Shown piece after piece: positions 40,381-55,283 of a DNA stretch of 64,000 nt. Position 1 is the first letter of the stretch, and each line of letters opens with the position of its first letter. Source of the DNA: Auanema rhodensis. Its lineage: Eukaryota > Animalia > Nematoda. The translations under genes and the position numbers were made by a program. The DNA lies in contig OZ059896.1 of NCBI GenBank assembly GCA_964057225.1, positions 7,564,001-7,628,000 on the forward strand, written 5' to 3'. The notes below the pieces were generated by a model. It saw only the letters and a program-made list of their open reading frames with translations. It was not told the origin of the DNA and searched no databases.

Positions 40381-42013
40381 ATGAATCATACATCAACGAT
40401 AAGTCCTCATATTTCTACTTCACAAGATCAAATAATAGGATATATAGCTTTAGCCTTATCATGTGCTGGTTTTGGAACTATGTTTGTTCCATTGAAGTAT
40501 ATTCAACCCAAAGATGGTACAACCGATTCATTCGAAAAATAAAATAAAAATAAAATTTTGAATTTGAAGGTTTCTTTGTTCAATGGATTGAATGTAGCGT
40601 TGTTCTTGTTACCGGCTTCATCATCAATGCAGTCAGAGGTTTTCCGGATTTTCAATGGATTGCCGCTATTGGCGGAGCTTTATATGCTACAGGTATCAAT
40701 TATAATTTCTTTAATTTTCTTTTCTTTTTATTTTTCAAGGAAATGTATTTTCTGTACCAATTGTTAACGGTATTGGCATGGGTTTAGGATTCTTAATCTG
40801 GAGTTCTATGCAAGTATATCTGATTTTAAGATTAGTAAACACAGAGAAATGAGTAATGCTTAAGATCATGGTTGGTTGGAGCGTTGCACGTTTTGGATTA
40901 TTCAATTGGCTGTCAGCTAGTCATGTTGAATCCGATTCTCTAAACTATGCTGGATTAGCTTTAACTATAATCAGGTAAATCAATCATTTTAATATTTTAA
41001 TAAAATATTTTTGAATTAAGTGGAATATTATTCGTCTTTGTTCGACATACTAAGCAAGATTCTCCAGATAATTCTTATGAATTTAAATCATCTAATTCAT
41101 CAGAATCAGATACAAATAAGAAGAATATTCTTATGAAATTACCGTAAGTATAATACTATTCTTATATTTTTCTTTTTTCTTTAAATAGTTTCATTCTAAT
41201 GGCAATGGTTTTGGCTGTATTTCATGGTATTATGATGTCACCAATTGACATTCTAAAACAAAAATATCCTTCAAATGATACATATAAAGGTATTTTCATA
41301 ATATACAAATCATTTTTTCATTATTTCAATGAGCACATGAACATGTATTTTCAGTTTTTGACTATTGTTGGTCATTCTATTCAAGTGTATTTGTCTTTTC
41401 TACGATTTATTTCTTTGCATACTGTATTGTACTTCGACGAAAGGCTTATGTTGAACGTGAATTGATCATACCATCCATAATCTATGGTTTACTTTGGACA
41501 ACTGGAATGACTTTCTGGTTCTTATCAAGTGATAAGTTATCTCAAGTTGTTGCTTATCCTATTACAACACGTGTAAGTTCTTTTGTAAATTCTCACCAAA
41601 GTATAATCTTTAACCTTCATTTTATACAAAAATATAGTATAATATATCGATACAGTTAGTACACAATGCGCAAAAGTTCGTGGCCCTCCTCGCGCCCACA
41701 CGCACCCATCTCTTATTTTTTAAAAGTGTTTCCAGAAAATTTTAAAAATAATACACTTTATTTTCTAATATTTATTTATATATTTAATAATTATTTATAC
41801 TTATTACTTCTATTTAAGCTTCCAGCCATTATTAGTGCCATACTAGAAGTTTCCATCTTTAGAACTATTCGGGTAATTTCAATAATATTTTCAGAATGAA
41901 ACTGATTTTTAAACATCTTTCAGGGAAAATATAATATACTCTATTTGGCTTTTGTAATTTTAGTTGGATTATCAGGAGTTATTCTCATAGCTTTGTCTAA
42001 TCAAAAGTTATGA
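40381..42013 (+). CDS. TMEM144: TMEM144-family membrane protein, 9 exons
   Basis: GFGTMFVPLK..DGFFVQW, GGALYATGN..VPIVNGIGMGLG.LIW, GWSVARFGLF, SQVVAYPITTRLP. Confidence 0.88.
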
Positions 42014-42265
42014 ACCTGATCTCAATTGTTTTGTTTTATTTTATTTTTCATAAATCAAATATTAAAATGTTTAAAAATAAGTGTATATAAATAGAATTTT
42101 ATATATAAAATATCAGATAAATATATATTATTATATTTTAATGGTTTATACAAAAATATATTTAAAGCGTTCAAGAGGAATGATAAATAAAATTTCAAAT
42201 CTGAGAATATATCAAAAAACTTTTCAGGAAATAGTCGATACCCCAAAAGCATATATTAACATATT

Positions 42266-44072
42266 TTAAAAACTTAACGCTTGATTTGTATATGTTCGAA
42301 GTTCAGATGCTCGTAAATATTCTTTTTTCAATTTCTTCGGCAAAGCATATTGTGCTGAAAAAAAAGTTTTATATTTTCTTTAAAAACTTTAATTTTTAAA
42401 ATAATAAAAACATACCAGATCCTCCAAATATCATTGTTGTTAAACTTAATATGACAATCATCAAGTTCGTACCAAGTAAGATAGATGCATAAGTTAGTTT
42501 CTCTTGATAAGTCAAGCAACTATGAAATTCTGCATATTTTTTACAAGAAATTTCAAATTCAGGAGGAGTTAACCTATAATCAGAATATCAAAGTTACAGA
42601 AAACTTATATTTTAAAACTTTTGGAGTTTATTTATTGCGATTGAGGAAAAAATTAAAGCAACAACTGCCCCAGCAAAAGCACCAATAGCAGCAAGATGAT
42701 ATAAGTAAATCTAAAATGAATTACTTACTATATGTATTTATGTTTTTTTAAATAAATAAAAAATATTTTATAACATTTACCATATATTTAGCTTTATTAT
42801 AACTGTTGTAATGATTCTGAATAAGAAAGATGTATGCTGTGAGAAGGAATCCTCCAGTACAAAGAGAAGCTATATCAGCATTCTGTAGAAAAGAAGTAAT
42901 ATTAAATAATTAATAAAAAATATAAATATATTGATTGAATATAAATATAAATTACCTGCTCATCTGGGATTTGTGTGCTTCCAATGTATTGTCCTCGACT
43001 CCATAATGTCCACAACGCGATGAACACTAAAACAAGTGCTGGGAATTTCATCAAGGAAAATACAAATCGTTGATAACTAATTGCATAGTTATTGAACAAA
43101 GCACGAGCTTTTATATCTTCAGCTTTTCTAAAAATAAATAAAAATAATAATAAAGGAAGAGAAAGTTTCATACTCATTTGAACCAGATACTGTTACTGTT
43201 TTAATAGCTGGTATTGCAGATGATAAGAGTGGTTCAGCAGCATTTCTAAATACAGTTTAGTAACTATTTATCTATATACTATATATATATATAATTATAT
43301 AATTATTTTATAGTTACCCTAAGCCTTCTATTCCGTTTGGACGTATCATAGCTCTTGGAAAAGTAGCTGGTACACCATCAGTTGAAGTATAGAGATTGTT
43401 AACACCACTTTCAGAACGAATTCTTACAGCATTGCTACTAAAACATTTTGAAATATTGATAGCATTTCCACACATATATGCTTACGTTCGTCTTTCATCA
43501 ACAAAACTTGGAAAACTAAAAGCTGATGGCACTTCTGAAAACTGAGCGCTGGGTAACACATCTACAGTTGTCTTCTTGTAAATGTTAGAGGTAGATATCT
43601 CAGATATATCTCCAGATGGCATAGGACGACCAAATCTTCCATATGATGTCCCTGCTACAACATACATTTATATGTTTTATATAAAACAAATTTAATTATA
43701 ACCTGACGGATAATCCTCCATGATAGGAGGAAACCCTTCAGTAAATGGACGTGGAATGCGGATTGGTGTCAACTCCATTGCCCCAGGTAAAGCAATGCTG
43801 AATACAAAAGTTAACTGTATTATAGTTTATGATGTTTTAAAATCATCAAGTAAACTAGAAATATAGTTAACTAACCCATTTCTTATTGATCCGGATACTG
43901 AAGGTAAATAATTTCCATATATATCGTTTTCAGGCTATAATTAGAAAAAATATATAAATATTACTATATTATTATAAATAATATAATACATCTTTGATAT
44001 GTTTTATATCAGTTTCTAATCAAATTATATCATTTCAACAAAGTTTTTAAAAAACGAAAGTCAAACCTTCAT
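42266..44072 (-). CDS. Uncharacterised 4-TM protein with long N-terminal tail; start uncertain
   Basis: About ten short GT-AG exons join in frame: a P/S/G-rich N-terminal region, then four hydrophobic segments with loop CKKYAEFHSC, ending NQALSF*. Confidence 0.75.
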
Positions 44073-44913
44073 TATAACCGCGAGTTGCTGACTGTCCTGG
44101 GAACTTGTGCGCCTGCCAGCCGCAAAGATTTGGTGTTTGTCCGTTCTGTAGCAGTTTGAGTCGGCAAACGACAACTGATAAGAATACGATGTCCAATTTC
44201 AATCGGCTCTTATCGGTCCTTTTCATTCTCTTTCAACTCTCCTACGTTTGAAAACTCTCCATATTTCAGTAATATTTCGTCGTTTTTCTTCATAACGTCT
44301 TCTTCATTCGCCCTTATACACTTTAGATTATGTTCTTCTATTTAATAACTATTCTTTATTTATCTGTATACTTTATAAATATAAATATATAGTAAAGAAT
44401 TAAGAAAGGTTTAAATATATTATTCATTTTATAATTCATACTTATATCAATTGCATGACTCAATATACAAACGCCTTTGCAAAATAAATATCTGGATTAT
44501 TTTATCAAATTATCTTTGGAATTTGTATTTTATTTCGCTTTCAAATCACAACCATTATTCATTATTGTAAGATTTTCTTCTTATCTTCTCACTTAGAAGC
44601 CAAATAGTTGAAAAATTAATTTTTAAAGATTTTTTTAATTGAAAACTAACGTATATTGAATAAAAGAATTTATTCAGTTCAATATTGAAATCATATTTTC
44701 TCTTCAAAAAAGAGAAATCAAATTGTATCTAAGTAAATAAACAACAATGTGAAAGTATGCCCTGAATTCATATTTGAATTAAAATGTATAAATACATAAT
44801 ATATATCATATAAATGAAAAGCAGAGGGTTTAAAGTGTATAAATATGCCTTATAAGGTCAAAAGTTAGTAGAACAATTACGGTTTTTGGTTTTTCTATTT
44901 TAGAAAAAAATTA

Positions 44914-46161
44914 TTAGGCTTCCAATTCTTTTCTGAGATCATCAAAACTGGTTACAAACCAATCTGCTCGGCTACGAACAGATTCCCGAATCTAAAGTAG
45001 AAGAAATTTAAAAAAATATGAATATATTTAACACAAATATAGTGTAAACAACTCAAATAAAATAAAATTTACCTGATTTCCACCAAAGCCAATGAAAGCT
45101 TCAGCTGGTGGACAAGCTTCTAAATCAGTTGCTCCATCTCCTATCATAACAACATTCTTATAGTTGAATTTCTTTTTTAACAAAGTAATAACAGCTGGTT
45201 TACCAACCTAAAATATAAAATTAATAAATAAAAACAAGAAACATTTACATCTTTAGATCCTGAATCACTGGTTGGCTCATTTTCATCAAATGTTTTATAT
45301 TGTTTATTAATATCATAAATAATCTCATTTGCGTAAATATGTTTTCTATCAACACCTGTAAAATATTTCAAATATTCAATATTCAAGCAGGTAATAGAGG
45401 ATTTACCTAAGATATCAGCTACTGGAATAATCAAGCGGCGGAATCCTCCTGATACAAGGTAAACTTGAGTTCCACGCTCGTGAAGAAGTCTGACAAGCTC
45501 ACGGATACCGGGTGTCAACTGAATTTGAAACGTAACTTTCAAAAGCAAATTCAAAATGATATACCTTTGGCTTAGTTTTAGCAGCATAATCTTCAACTTG
45601 ATCATAGGAAGGCTTCATGACCTGTAAACGAGCAGCCAAAGCATCTCTAAAAAAAGTAGAACTTAGTATAACATATAAATAAAGATATAGAAAAGAAAAA
45701 CAAAAAAATATTTTATTTAAATTATAATATCTAAAGCATATGATCCTACCTAAACCGGGCGTTTCCGTTCATGGCTGCACGTGTTACATTAGCAACAGCT
45801 TCTCCAACACCTAGGTAATTGGCAAGCTCATCGATGGCTTCATCCTTAAAAGATTTATATGCTTTTCAATGATGTCATATGTATAATCTTTTTTAAATTT
45901 GAAAATATTTGCAAAACGAAAAGAACTACATAGAGACGTAAAACAGATTCAAATAGATAAGAAGAACAGCCTTACTTGGCAGACTGTAGAATCTACATCG
46001 AAGCATACAGCATCGGCATTTCTCCAAATACGTTTCGTTCGTTCCAATCCACTTTCTTTGGCGTGCTGACCATCTTTAATCAAAGTTCCAATATCTTGCT
46101 GGCGTCCAGTTGTGGTTGTGGACAAATTAGATGAAGCATGTTGGGTGGCGACACGAATCAT
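44914..46161 (-). CDS. PSPH: Phosphoserine phosphatase (HAD family)
   Basis: ADAVCFDVDST (motif I), LVSGGF, MIGDGATDLEA, FIGFGGN. Confidence 0.95.
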
Positions 46162-48564
46162 ATTTGGAAGGAGACGAATGGTGAAAAAATGAATCAAAAA
46201 ACTGCAAAGATTCATTCTTAAAAGCATAAACTATTGAAGAAACTTCAAAAATTAAAAAAATACATATTTGAAAGGATGAGAAAGAACATAACATGGAAAA
46301 GAAACCAAAACATTCATTCAATCCAGACAATGTTAGATTTTGAACGCAGTCAAAGATTGTTCGTCAAGTAGCAGCTAAGAAATCTTATATATTAACTCGA
46401 AATTGGAGGTGGAGCTCGTACTTTTTGTCACACCACACATGGAACTCCCTACCCAGACCATCAGCGCTGATGTACCTTGAACAGAGCAGAGACAGCAAGC
46501 TATCTCTAGATCGTTCACATCATCACAATGGTCTCTGATGCGATATCAACAAAAATGACAGGGAAGAAGAAAAAGAAAAGAAGATAAAGAAACAGGAGTA
46601 GGAGAGAGAGAGAAAGTGTAGAGAGAAAGAGAAGGATTGTCTGAGAGGCAAGAAAAGAAGGAAATGAAACCGTCAATGAAAGAGTAGAAAGCATAATCGC
46701 ATATGCTTTTCATGTGAACATTTCTTAGTATTTTGAAAAAAGGAAACCAAAAAAACAGTAAATAGATCATAAATGCTAACCATAGACTTGGAAAAGAATT
46801 AATATAGATGGTTATGGACAATGTCCTGCGAAGGGTTATTTGATAACACTTTAAGCGACTTATCATCAGTGAGCAAGTAGATTTTACATGTAATAACATA
46901 CGTTTATGGTTTGCTTACTATTCTAGTAGTTGATATTATAATGAAAAATATATATTAATGAGATAATTCTTAATGACAAACATGTAAAAATACAAGAAAA
47001 AGAGAAGAATTTGAGTAATTATCAACAACATTCTGATAAGGCTTATTCAATTTCAAAGAAAAATACATACATTTCAACTATAATAAGATTTAATTTTTTT
47101 TAAATTGTTATCTACCCAATTATAAGTCAAAACTTGTGATGATATAACTTGCTTTACATCTTGAACTATACCGTATACTTTACAAGTTAAGGAGATGTAT
47201 GCAACATTCAATACCGAATTAAGAAATGGACTCGAAACACAGAACAAGTGAAGCTAAGAGTTCAGAATTTGAAAGAAAACTATTCAAATAACTAATGCTG
47301 AAAGCGACAAAATAGAGAAACAAAGACTATCTTAAAACTGGATTTGAGTTCGAAATGACATCGACATGACATACAAGCTAAATGGAAAAAGCTGTAGCTT
47401 CATCTAATCTGCCTGAGGATATTCAAAGATCTCGATGAGTCCTATAAGAACGATCGAAAAGGATAGAAAATATTGTCGAAATCTGGGAGATCTTTGACTT
47501 TTCTATATAAATTATGAATAACGGCAAAATCTGAAGCAAATGGGTTTGTGGATAAGAGAAGATTTTGGACAAGTGATGATCGGCTGGCTAGACAACGATG
47601 TAGCGATGGTAGAATAACTGTTTTAATGAATGTCATTCTCAAAAAGAGATAGAAATGTAAAAGGATATGAAGATAAGGAAATCCGAAAAGATGTCAAAAG
47701 AAAAAAAATTCACGTGAAATACATACAGTTGTATGATTCAGAATATGCTCATCGTACTAACTAATTATATAAAATGACATCATAATCAACTAAATGAAGA
47801 AATAAACATGTTGAATTATTAATAAAAACAGAAATAATTATAGTTTTTAAATACTTTTTCTTAAAACAAAAATAGATACAGAAGTCACGTATCATCTTAA
47901 TGGTGTACGTGAATTTTTACACAATTCAGATTCTTTATGCCCTCATCATAAAAACTGTAGAGAATCTATTTTAGTCCTTTTTTTTGAAACATCTAAGAAA
48001 AAGTAAAGGAAAGAGACAGAAATACAAAGAAAAGGAGGGATAAAGAATAAAAGGAGAGAGAGAAAGAGAAAATACTTAGTTCATGGTACAAGGACAGTTT
48101 TTCATAGAAACATCAAAGATGATATTCAGAATATGATGATTTTCTCAAATCACATAATCATAATAATAAGATTTTATTTATTATAAGATTCTTTGTTATA
48201 TTACCATTTATAAAAAGTAATAATTAATCTTAAATAGAATGTGATGATGATGATGATAAAGAGATACTACGTTATATACAGTTCAATGATGTATATAGTT
48301 GTTATTAGAACATATTATAAGATAATAAACTATGAAATACTGGGGTAAAGTTTGTGGATGACATCAGAATCAGGAAAATTTTTAAATACACACGTAGACA
48401 AAGCATCAGCATCTGGTATTATATCTATCATACTATATGGACATGATTTCTACATTCAATGATTCAGAGGAGGGGGGGGGGATTCTAGAGTTATGTACAC
48501 TGTCAAATGATAAATATAATCAAAATTGTTTAGTATTCCATACGTAAACATCACAGAGTCCCAG

Positions 48565-48645
48565 GAGAGAGAGAAAGAGAGACAAAGAGAGACACAAAGA
48601 GAGAGACAAAGAGAGAAAGAAACAAAGAGAGAGAGAGAGAAAGAG
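48565..48645. repeat. Degenerate GA / GAGACAAA repeat
   Basis: gagagacaaa-type units merging into (GA)n; a second (GA)n tract at 48811-48828. Confidence 0.85.
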
Positions 48646-50918
48646 ATGTTGAAAATACTTCCTATATCTCATTCTATTATTACGTAAACTACTATTTAAC
48701 TAAGCAATCATGCTTGAATAAATATTTTCTATCTAATTAAGAATAGAAAACAACTGAAGATTGATGACTTGACCCCATAAAGAACAAAAAATATTGACGA
48801 AAGATACAACGAGAGAGAGAGAGAGAGAAAGTAAAATCTCAACTGATATTCCAGTCTTTGAAAATTTTCGAATTAAACTTGATGATCTTTAAAGAAAGAA
48901 GTCAAGTTAACAACGGAAATGACGACGATGTTACAGAAAGAAATCATTTGGATCAAAGAATTCTGAATCATGAAACAAAGAAAGACATTTGATGAAGAAA
49001 GACATTTTTTGTGTCTGCAAAAGTGATAGATCATAAAGGAGCAAGAACTCTGAAAACAAGGCAAAGTAGCATGCGTTCTATGGAAATGTGTTTATGCGTA
49101 TGCATGAGATGGAAAAGAGGGAAATAGAAGAAAGAAGAAAAACAACAACAACAAGCAACATGAAAAACATGGAAATTGGTAACGACTACATTGAGAAATA
49201 TGAAAATATTCTAATAGAAAAGAAGCTGAAAATATTATAAAATGAGATGAAACTATGTAGACGATTTCAAAAGACAAAAATGATTAAAATGATTTTTAAA
49301 GCAGAAAACGTTGAATACATAGTTGTTAAACTAACGAGCATTTGCTCTCTTAGTATCACCTAACTTTATCTATTTATTATATTCGATTTGAGCAAATCGA
49401 TGAACAGACATGAAAGAGAAAACGGAAACAGAGAGAGAGCAGGCACGAGAACGAAACAACATAGTTAGAGAAAGCGTCTTTCCTCACTGAGATAGCACGA
49501 TCTCCACCGAGCTTTGTCGACTGGGGAACCCCCCTTTTACTCTTTTTCTCTATACTCTCACAACTCGAGATAGTGTCTAACAATGTGTCTAAACGGGTGT
49601 GTGTAAGGCATGTGAAGTCCACGTGACTATCCAACATACTACTAAAGATCCTTATATGAACAATTGAAAAGAACATAAGAAATTGATTTAAAGAGAATAT
49701 GAACAGTACAATATGTGAGAAAGAAGTTCATTTATCTATAGTTCTCTCTCTATAAATTAAATTAAGATATTTCAAATAAGAATTAAAATAATGTCATCGA
49801 AATGTTTAAAAACATCATCGAGATGTTAATGATAGAAGACGAAAATTAAATAAATCTCGAGGAAAAGATTAAAAGAGAGAAAATTAAAAGATAGAAGTTG
49901 AAATGAAAGTAGAGAAAAACACTAATCACTTAAAATACAAAAACCAAAATGTTAGCAACGAAAGACAAAAGAAGTATGGCAATTTCCTTTGAGAAATTAA
50001 ATTCTAACGAAAATGCCTTATACATCTTTCAATATCATTAATATTATAAGAAAATTTAAGTAATATTACTAAATAAAACCAAAAAGATTTTAAAAAATTG
50101 AACATAATCATAAAGATGGATAAAGATGGATATGTGTACTTTGGACATTTAATCCATTAAATGCACATACACTTTCTCATGTATTACAATATTTATGAAC
50201 ATTATATATATATATTTCTATATATAATATTTATAAAAGATATAATTGAGATATATTATACGTCTAATATATTCTTATGTTCATCCCGAAAAATCAAAGA
50301 TCATAAGGTCATTCAATATGTAGATTAAAAGCTAAAAGTTTGAATATAGTTAAATATATTTTAATCTTATAGTTATATAAGATAATACAGTATACCAATA
50401 TGAATGAGGAAATAAATTGAAAATTTTTAAATTCAGGAAAAAAAAATATTTAATCAGACTTTTAATGATTTAAGTTTTAATCTTCATCTTTATTTTTCCA
50501 CGTTTAATCTTGTTTTTTTTTTCTTTTTAATCTTCATTTCGTGTTTCTGATCTAAATCAGTTAGCTTTTGATAGTATGTTTCGTGATGTTTGATAAATGA
50601 TCGGAAATAAATCAAGAAAAGTTATAATCTGAAATGAATGAAGCCTTTACAACTTCTTCAGCATTTTTTACATTACGTAGAAACATTTTTCATTATAGAA
50701 ACTGATATAAGAAAAGAAAAGATGTGTGTCGCCTTGTTCACAGTAATAATCCTTGTAATTTTATCAAATTTGATCAGTAACAAGCTATGTTGGAGAATTA
50801 TCAGTTATTGAGATAATCAGTTGCTCATACGTAAGGTGGAGGAAAGCGTGTTATATAAGCTTTAAATTATCTTCTCATAATAAATTTTAAGAATTGTAAC
50901 TGTTTTTTCTTTCTTTAG

Positions 50919-52119
50919 ATGAAGATCTGTTCTTCAGTTTTTCTTGCAGCCTTATTTGGCGTGTTTATAACAGTTCAATCAGGTTGGTTCAATTCATTTT
51001 CTTCTTCCATATTACTTTCAAAAATAAAATGTTACAACTATATATGAATATGTATGTATGTATGTTATACATTCATATAATAATCTTTCATTTTGCTTGT
51101 TTTCTTTATGTTTAAAACTAAACAAATATGCAAAAAAGAGTGAAAGTATCGAATAATTTATTACTTTCATTCTTAAAAATCAAATACTTTGCTCTCATAT
51201 CAGTTCTGTGATAGTTTTAAATTATTAACTTTATCTCCCTTTTACAACGTATAATATTGAAAACTAAGTTTATAATCACATATATGGTTAATATAATCAA
51301 ATAATTATTATTTTATAGTTAAAAACAATTGTAATAATTATAATAGAAGATATATTATAGTATTTAAATCCAAATATAATTATTTTTTGAAACAATTCTT
51401 TTCCATTGCTTATTAATGAATTAAAGAATATTTCAATTTCAGCTGTTAATGTAACTCAATGTGACAATGGCTGGACTTATTTTGATGCATCAAACTCTTG
51501 CTATTGGGTAAATTATATAAATATATAATCATAATAATAATAATATATTTAAATTATATATAATATATATGCTTATAGGCTGGAGACCATCAGGATTTTC
51601 CTGCAGCTGAAAGTAGCTGTGTAAGCCTTGGAGGACATCTTGCATCTATTCATAATTCATTTGAAAATACATTCATATCATGTAAGATTTGAAAATGATC
51701 ACAATCTTTCTAACATACTTGATTAAACTTAAGCACTGACTGAAACTGGTGAAAAACAAAAAGATAGTGAGATGACTTGGATTGGATTACATATTCAGGT
51801 TTTGATATCAGGATTATTTAAAAAATAAAATAATACTTATTAGGATGGAGCTTGGAAATGGACTGATGGTTCACCAACTGTCTTTGCATATTGGATGTAT
51901 AAAGATCCTAATGATATGAAGAAACTACAATGTGTAGAGGTACGTATCTCAGTTCTCAATATATGATTCTTAGATATCTCAATGTAATCCTATTGTTCAT
52001 TGTTTCAGTTGTTGCAAGATGATTTGGGCAACAAGAGAAATACAAAAGGCCAATGGCACAATGTACATTGTGGAACAAAAATGAGAAAATATATCTGCCA
52101 AAAGAAACCAAATTATTAA
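50919..52119 (+). CDS. Secreted single-domain C-type lectin, 6 exons
   Basis: Signal peptide, CDNGW..SCY, CVSLGGHLASIH, WIGL, WKWTDGS, W..KDPND, QWHNVHC..YICQK; TATA at ~50852. Confidence 0.93.
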
Positions 52120-55100
52120 AACTAAAAGATAAAACTATTTTTCTGCTTTGATCGTTGTCAATTTCTTTAAAAATGCGTATATGGCTATAATCATAGAAAA
52201 TGCAATACATTCGTGAAGTTTTGAATATTCAAAATATATACATATATACATACTTATATGATTATTATACATATATTAACGTGTTTTTCTTCTTTATTTT
52301 TTTTTAAAAATATTTTCCACAACATCATTATTACGTAACAAATGAACTTTACAAAAAAAAAATAAAATTACAAAACCAATTTCGGTTTTAATGGGGTAAA
52401 CAGAGAGAAATTTAATTGTGAAATTGAATGAGGAATGCAGCCGTTCTACTAGATGAGATGTTCAATTCGAATATTCAGTTCATCTATATTACTGAATTCA
52501 CTTTTAACTTCTTTTGGTAAAAAAGTTTCACGATATATTACTGTATTTGTATGTTTCAACATCAATGTTACAATTCTTTTGAAGAAAAAAAAAACATTTT
52601 TGCTATCATGTCGTTCATCGTTTAGATACTGACCATTCCATTGTAGATAGCGATTATCTGTATGCTTCCTCTCTGATCATAAGGATAAGCGTTTGCAAAT
52701 CTTTTTCTTTTCAACATTTATACCTAAATTCATTTCATTCACAAAATGATAAACAATTAAATGAAATAAATTTAGTTTCATTTGTTGTACTTTAGTTTCA
52801 TAAATTTCAATTTCATTATGAATGAGCTACATTGGAAACAGGACATGTTATTCTTAGAAACAATATCTTAAGAACGATGAACATACTAACTAGGAAGAAT
52901 TTTATTTCATTTTTTTTCTATAAAAACATCTTAAAAATTTGATTGACGAACATTTGTAAATGTTATGATTTGTATTTCAAGTTTCAATATAAAAGGATAA
53001 AAATCTTTTTGAAAAAAACAGATCACAGCTTTTAGTGCTTTTAGTACATTTTCAATGTTTCCAAATGTCTAAGTTATTCATCTTGTTTCTCCCATTTTCA
53101 AATAAAAACTTCATTGTATTTTTCAGTTCTTGTCTGTGAAATGCTCGCCTTAACTGCTTTAATGTTCTTTCTCATGTTTTATCCCTTCATAAGGCCTTTT
53201 CTTACTTCTCTCTTTTTTATTCTTCTTTTTACACTCAGTTTAGTACTTGCTTTCATACTATCAAAACCCTTAGGTCTCATTCCATCCGTTTTTGTCATTG
53301 TTTTCAAAAATTATACATGTTTTCAGCATCTTATCTTCTTTTATCTTTGATTTCTCTTTATCTACTCCCAATTTCAGTTATCTCTAGGTCTATTTCCTTT
53401 TTTCGAGATTATATTTGATCCAGAAACCAACATCAGTATAGCATCTGATAGGCTCTTGTTCCCAAAATTGTATTAGAGCTTCCGCCTCCATCATTCTGTT
53501 TAGAAAAATGATTCTTAGTTTTTATCATACAACATCCACATATTTCTCATAACAAGTCTCTTTGATTGATGAAAAAAACAAGCCAGATTATGCATCATTT
53601 GATGCTTTTCTTGTCCTTTTCCTAAATATTTATTATATATTTAAGATACCTGTCTAATAATTTTCTACTCTTTTTACATCATCGAAACCCAGACATTTTA
53701 CTTTTTGAGATGAAGGCTTGTTATTTTGTCTGGGTTGCATCAACATTATAGACAGAAGAGTACGAAGCCCTTTTTCAACTGATTTTTGACGATCATGGTT
53801 TTTCTAGAACCAACACACATTTGCTTCTCTTTTTATTAAAATATGATCAAAAATCTTTCCCATTGTATTTTTTTTAATATTAATCTTCTTTGATCATTTT
53901 ATTTATAAATGTCTTTTCAATATACATCCATATTTCTAATTACATCACTTCCTTTCTGTTTTAAAATTTGATCTCAACTATTAATATATGTATTGCATTT
54001 ACATTTACATATGAATATGATTTTTGTTACCTTTTTCTAATAATTTTGATCTAATTTTTCATATTTTCTATCCTCAAATCATATTTGAAATTTTCTATAA
54101 ATATCTTTCATATTTCCTAAAAAGATACATATGCATGTATGTATATGTAAATATTGAATAAATAGAAAAAAAATTGTCCAAAGCTTTTCTGAGTTATCAA
54201 ATTTTTTTTTAAAAACAGCAATGTTATTACAAACTATGTATTATATTTGAAATACATTATTGCTTTGAATCAATATACATACATATGTTAATGATTGAGG
54301 ATAAGACAGCTTCTTTATATTCTTTAGTCTAAGGATGCTTCAATTAAGACACAAGAGAGTCCTTGAATTTGTGATATATTGTACTCGGATATATGGCTTC
54401 TCAGTGAAATTAATAAAAATCCTCGAGACTTGACATAGCTCCGCCTCTGGATCTGCTGCTATGTCTTTACTGCTAGGATACGGACTGCAGCCTCATTTTC
54501 CATAATTAGTCGGAGCATTTTTCTCGTCTATTTAAAAATATTAATATTTTGTTGTTTATTATAGAGTTCGATTCTTTGAACATATTCGATGTTAAAGCTT
54601 TTCGATAGAAAGTACTTTTTCCATTTATTTTCCGACCAACTTTCTAAGCTCATGGACGAACATGCGAATATGCTACTCAATCGTCAATTTTTGGATTTAT
54701 GCACTTATTTTTTGGTTATGTCGATTTGAGTAAACGAATTGGCTTCTTTTAGTCGCCAACATTGTTATTATTAGTTTTCCTTTTTTTCTCAATATATATT
54801 AGAAACTAGACATATGTATAAAAATGAAAAAGTGATGTAGAATATAGAAGATATACAAAAATTGTATACATATTTAAGATTTTTTATGCTCAACAAACGA
54901 TTCCAACGTATTAATATTAGCAAGAAACAATGAATTTTGTTTTTTTTTTCTCTGAGATTACTAAACAATTTCGTTTTTTCAGTTTTAAACTTACACTATA
55001 TATTATGTTTTTATTTTTCAATCAACTCGATACTATTGTTCATTATGATTCGATTTCACATTAATTTCACTACCTTATATAACTTTCTCACTTTCATATA

Positions 55101-55283
55101 ACTTATATTATAAAAACATTACATGAAAAAGCCGGATAATCTTTCCTAGTCTATATAGGGAAACGCTTATCTTATCATTGGACTTTGAACATGCTCTCAT
55201 CCTCTGTTAAACGTGCTCAGCTCAGCTTATATCCTTTTATATCGTTATAATTTTTATAGAACTAATTTTGTGACTTTAGAATA

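Noticed and set aside
44199-44293. Apparent in-frame TGA readthrough upstream of the 4-TM gene
   Set aside because: On recount, the upstream ATG frame stops at TAA 44210-44212 and is not in frame with the TGA.
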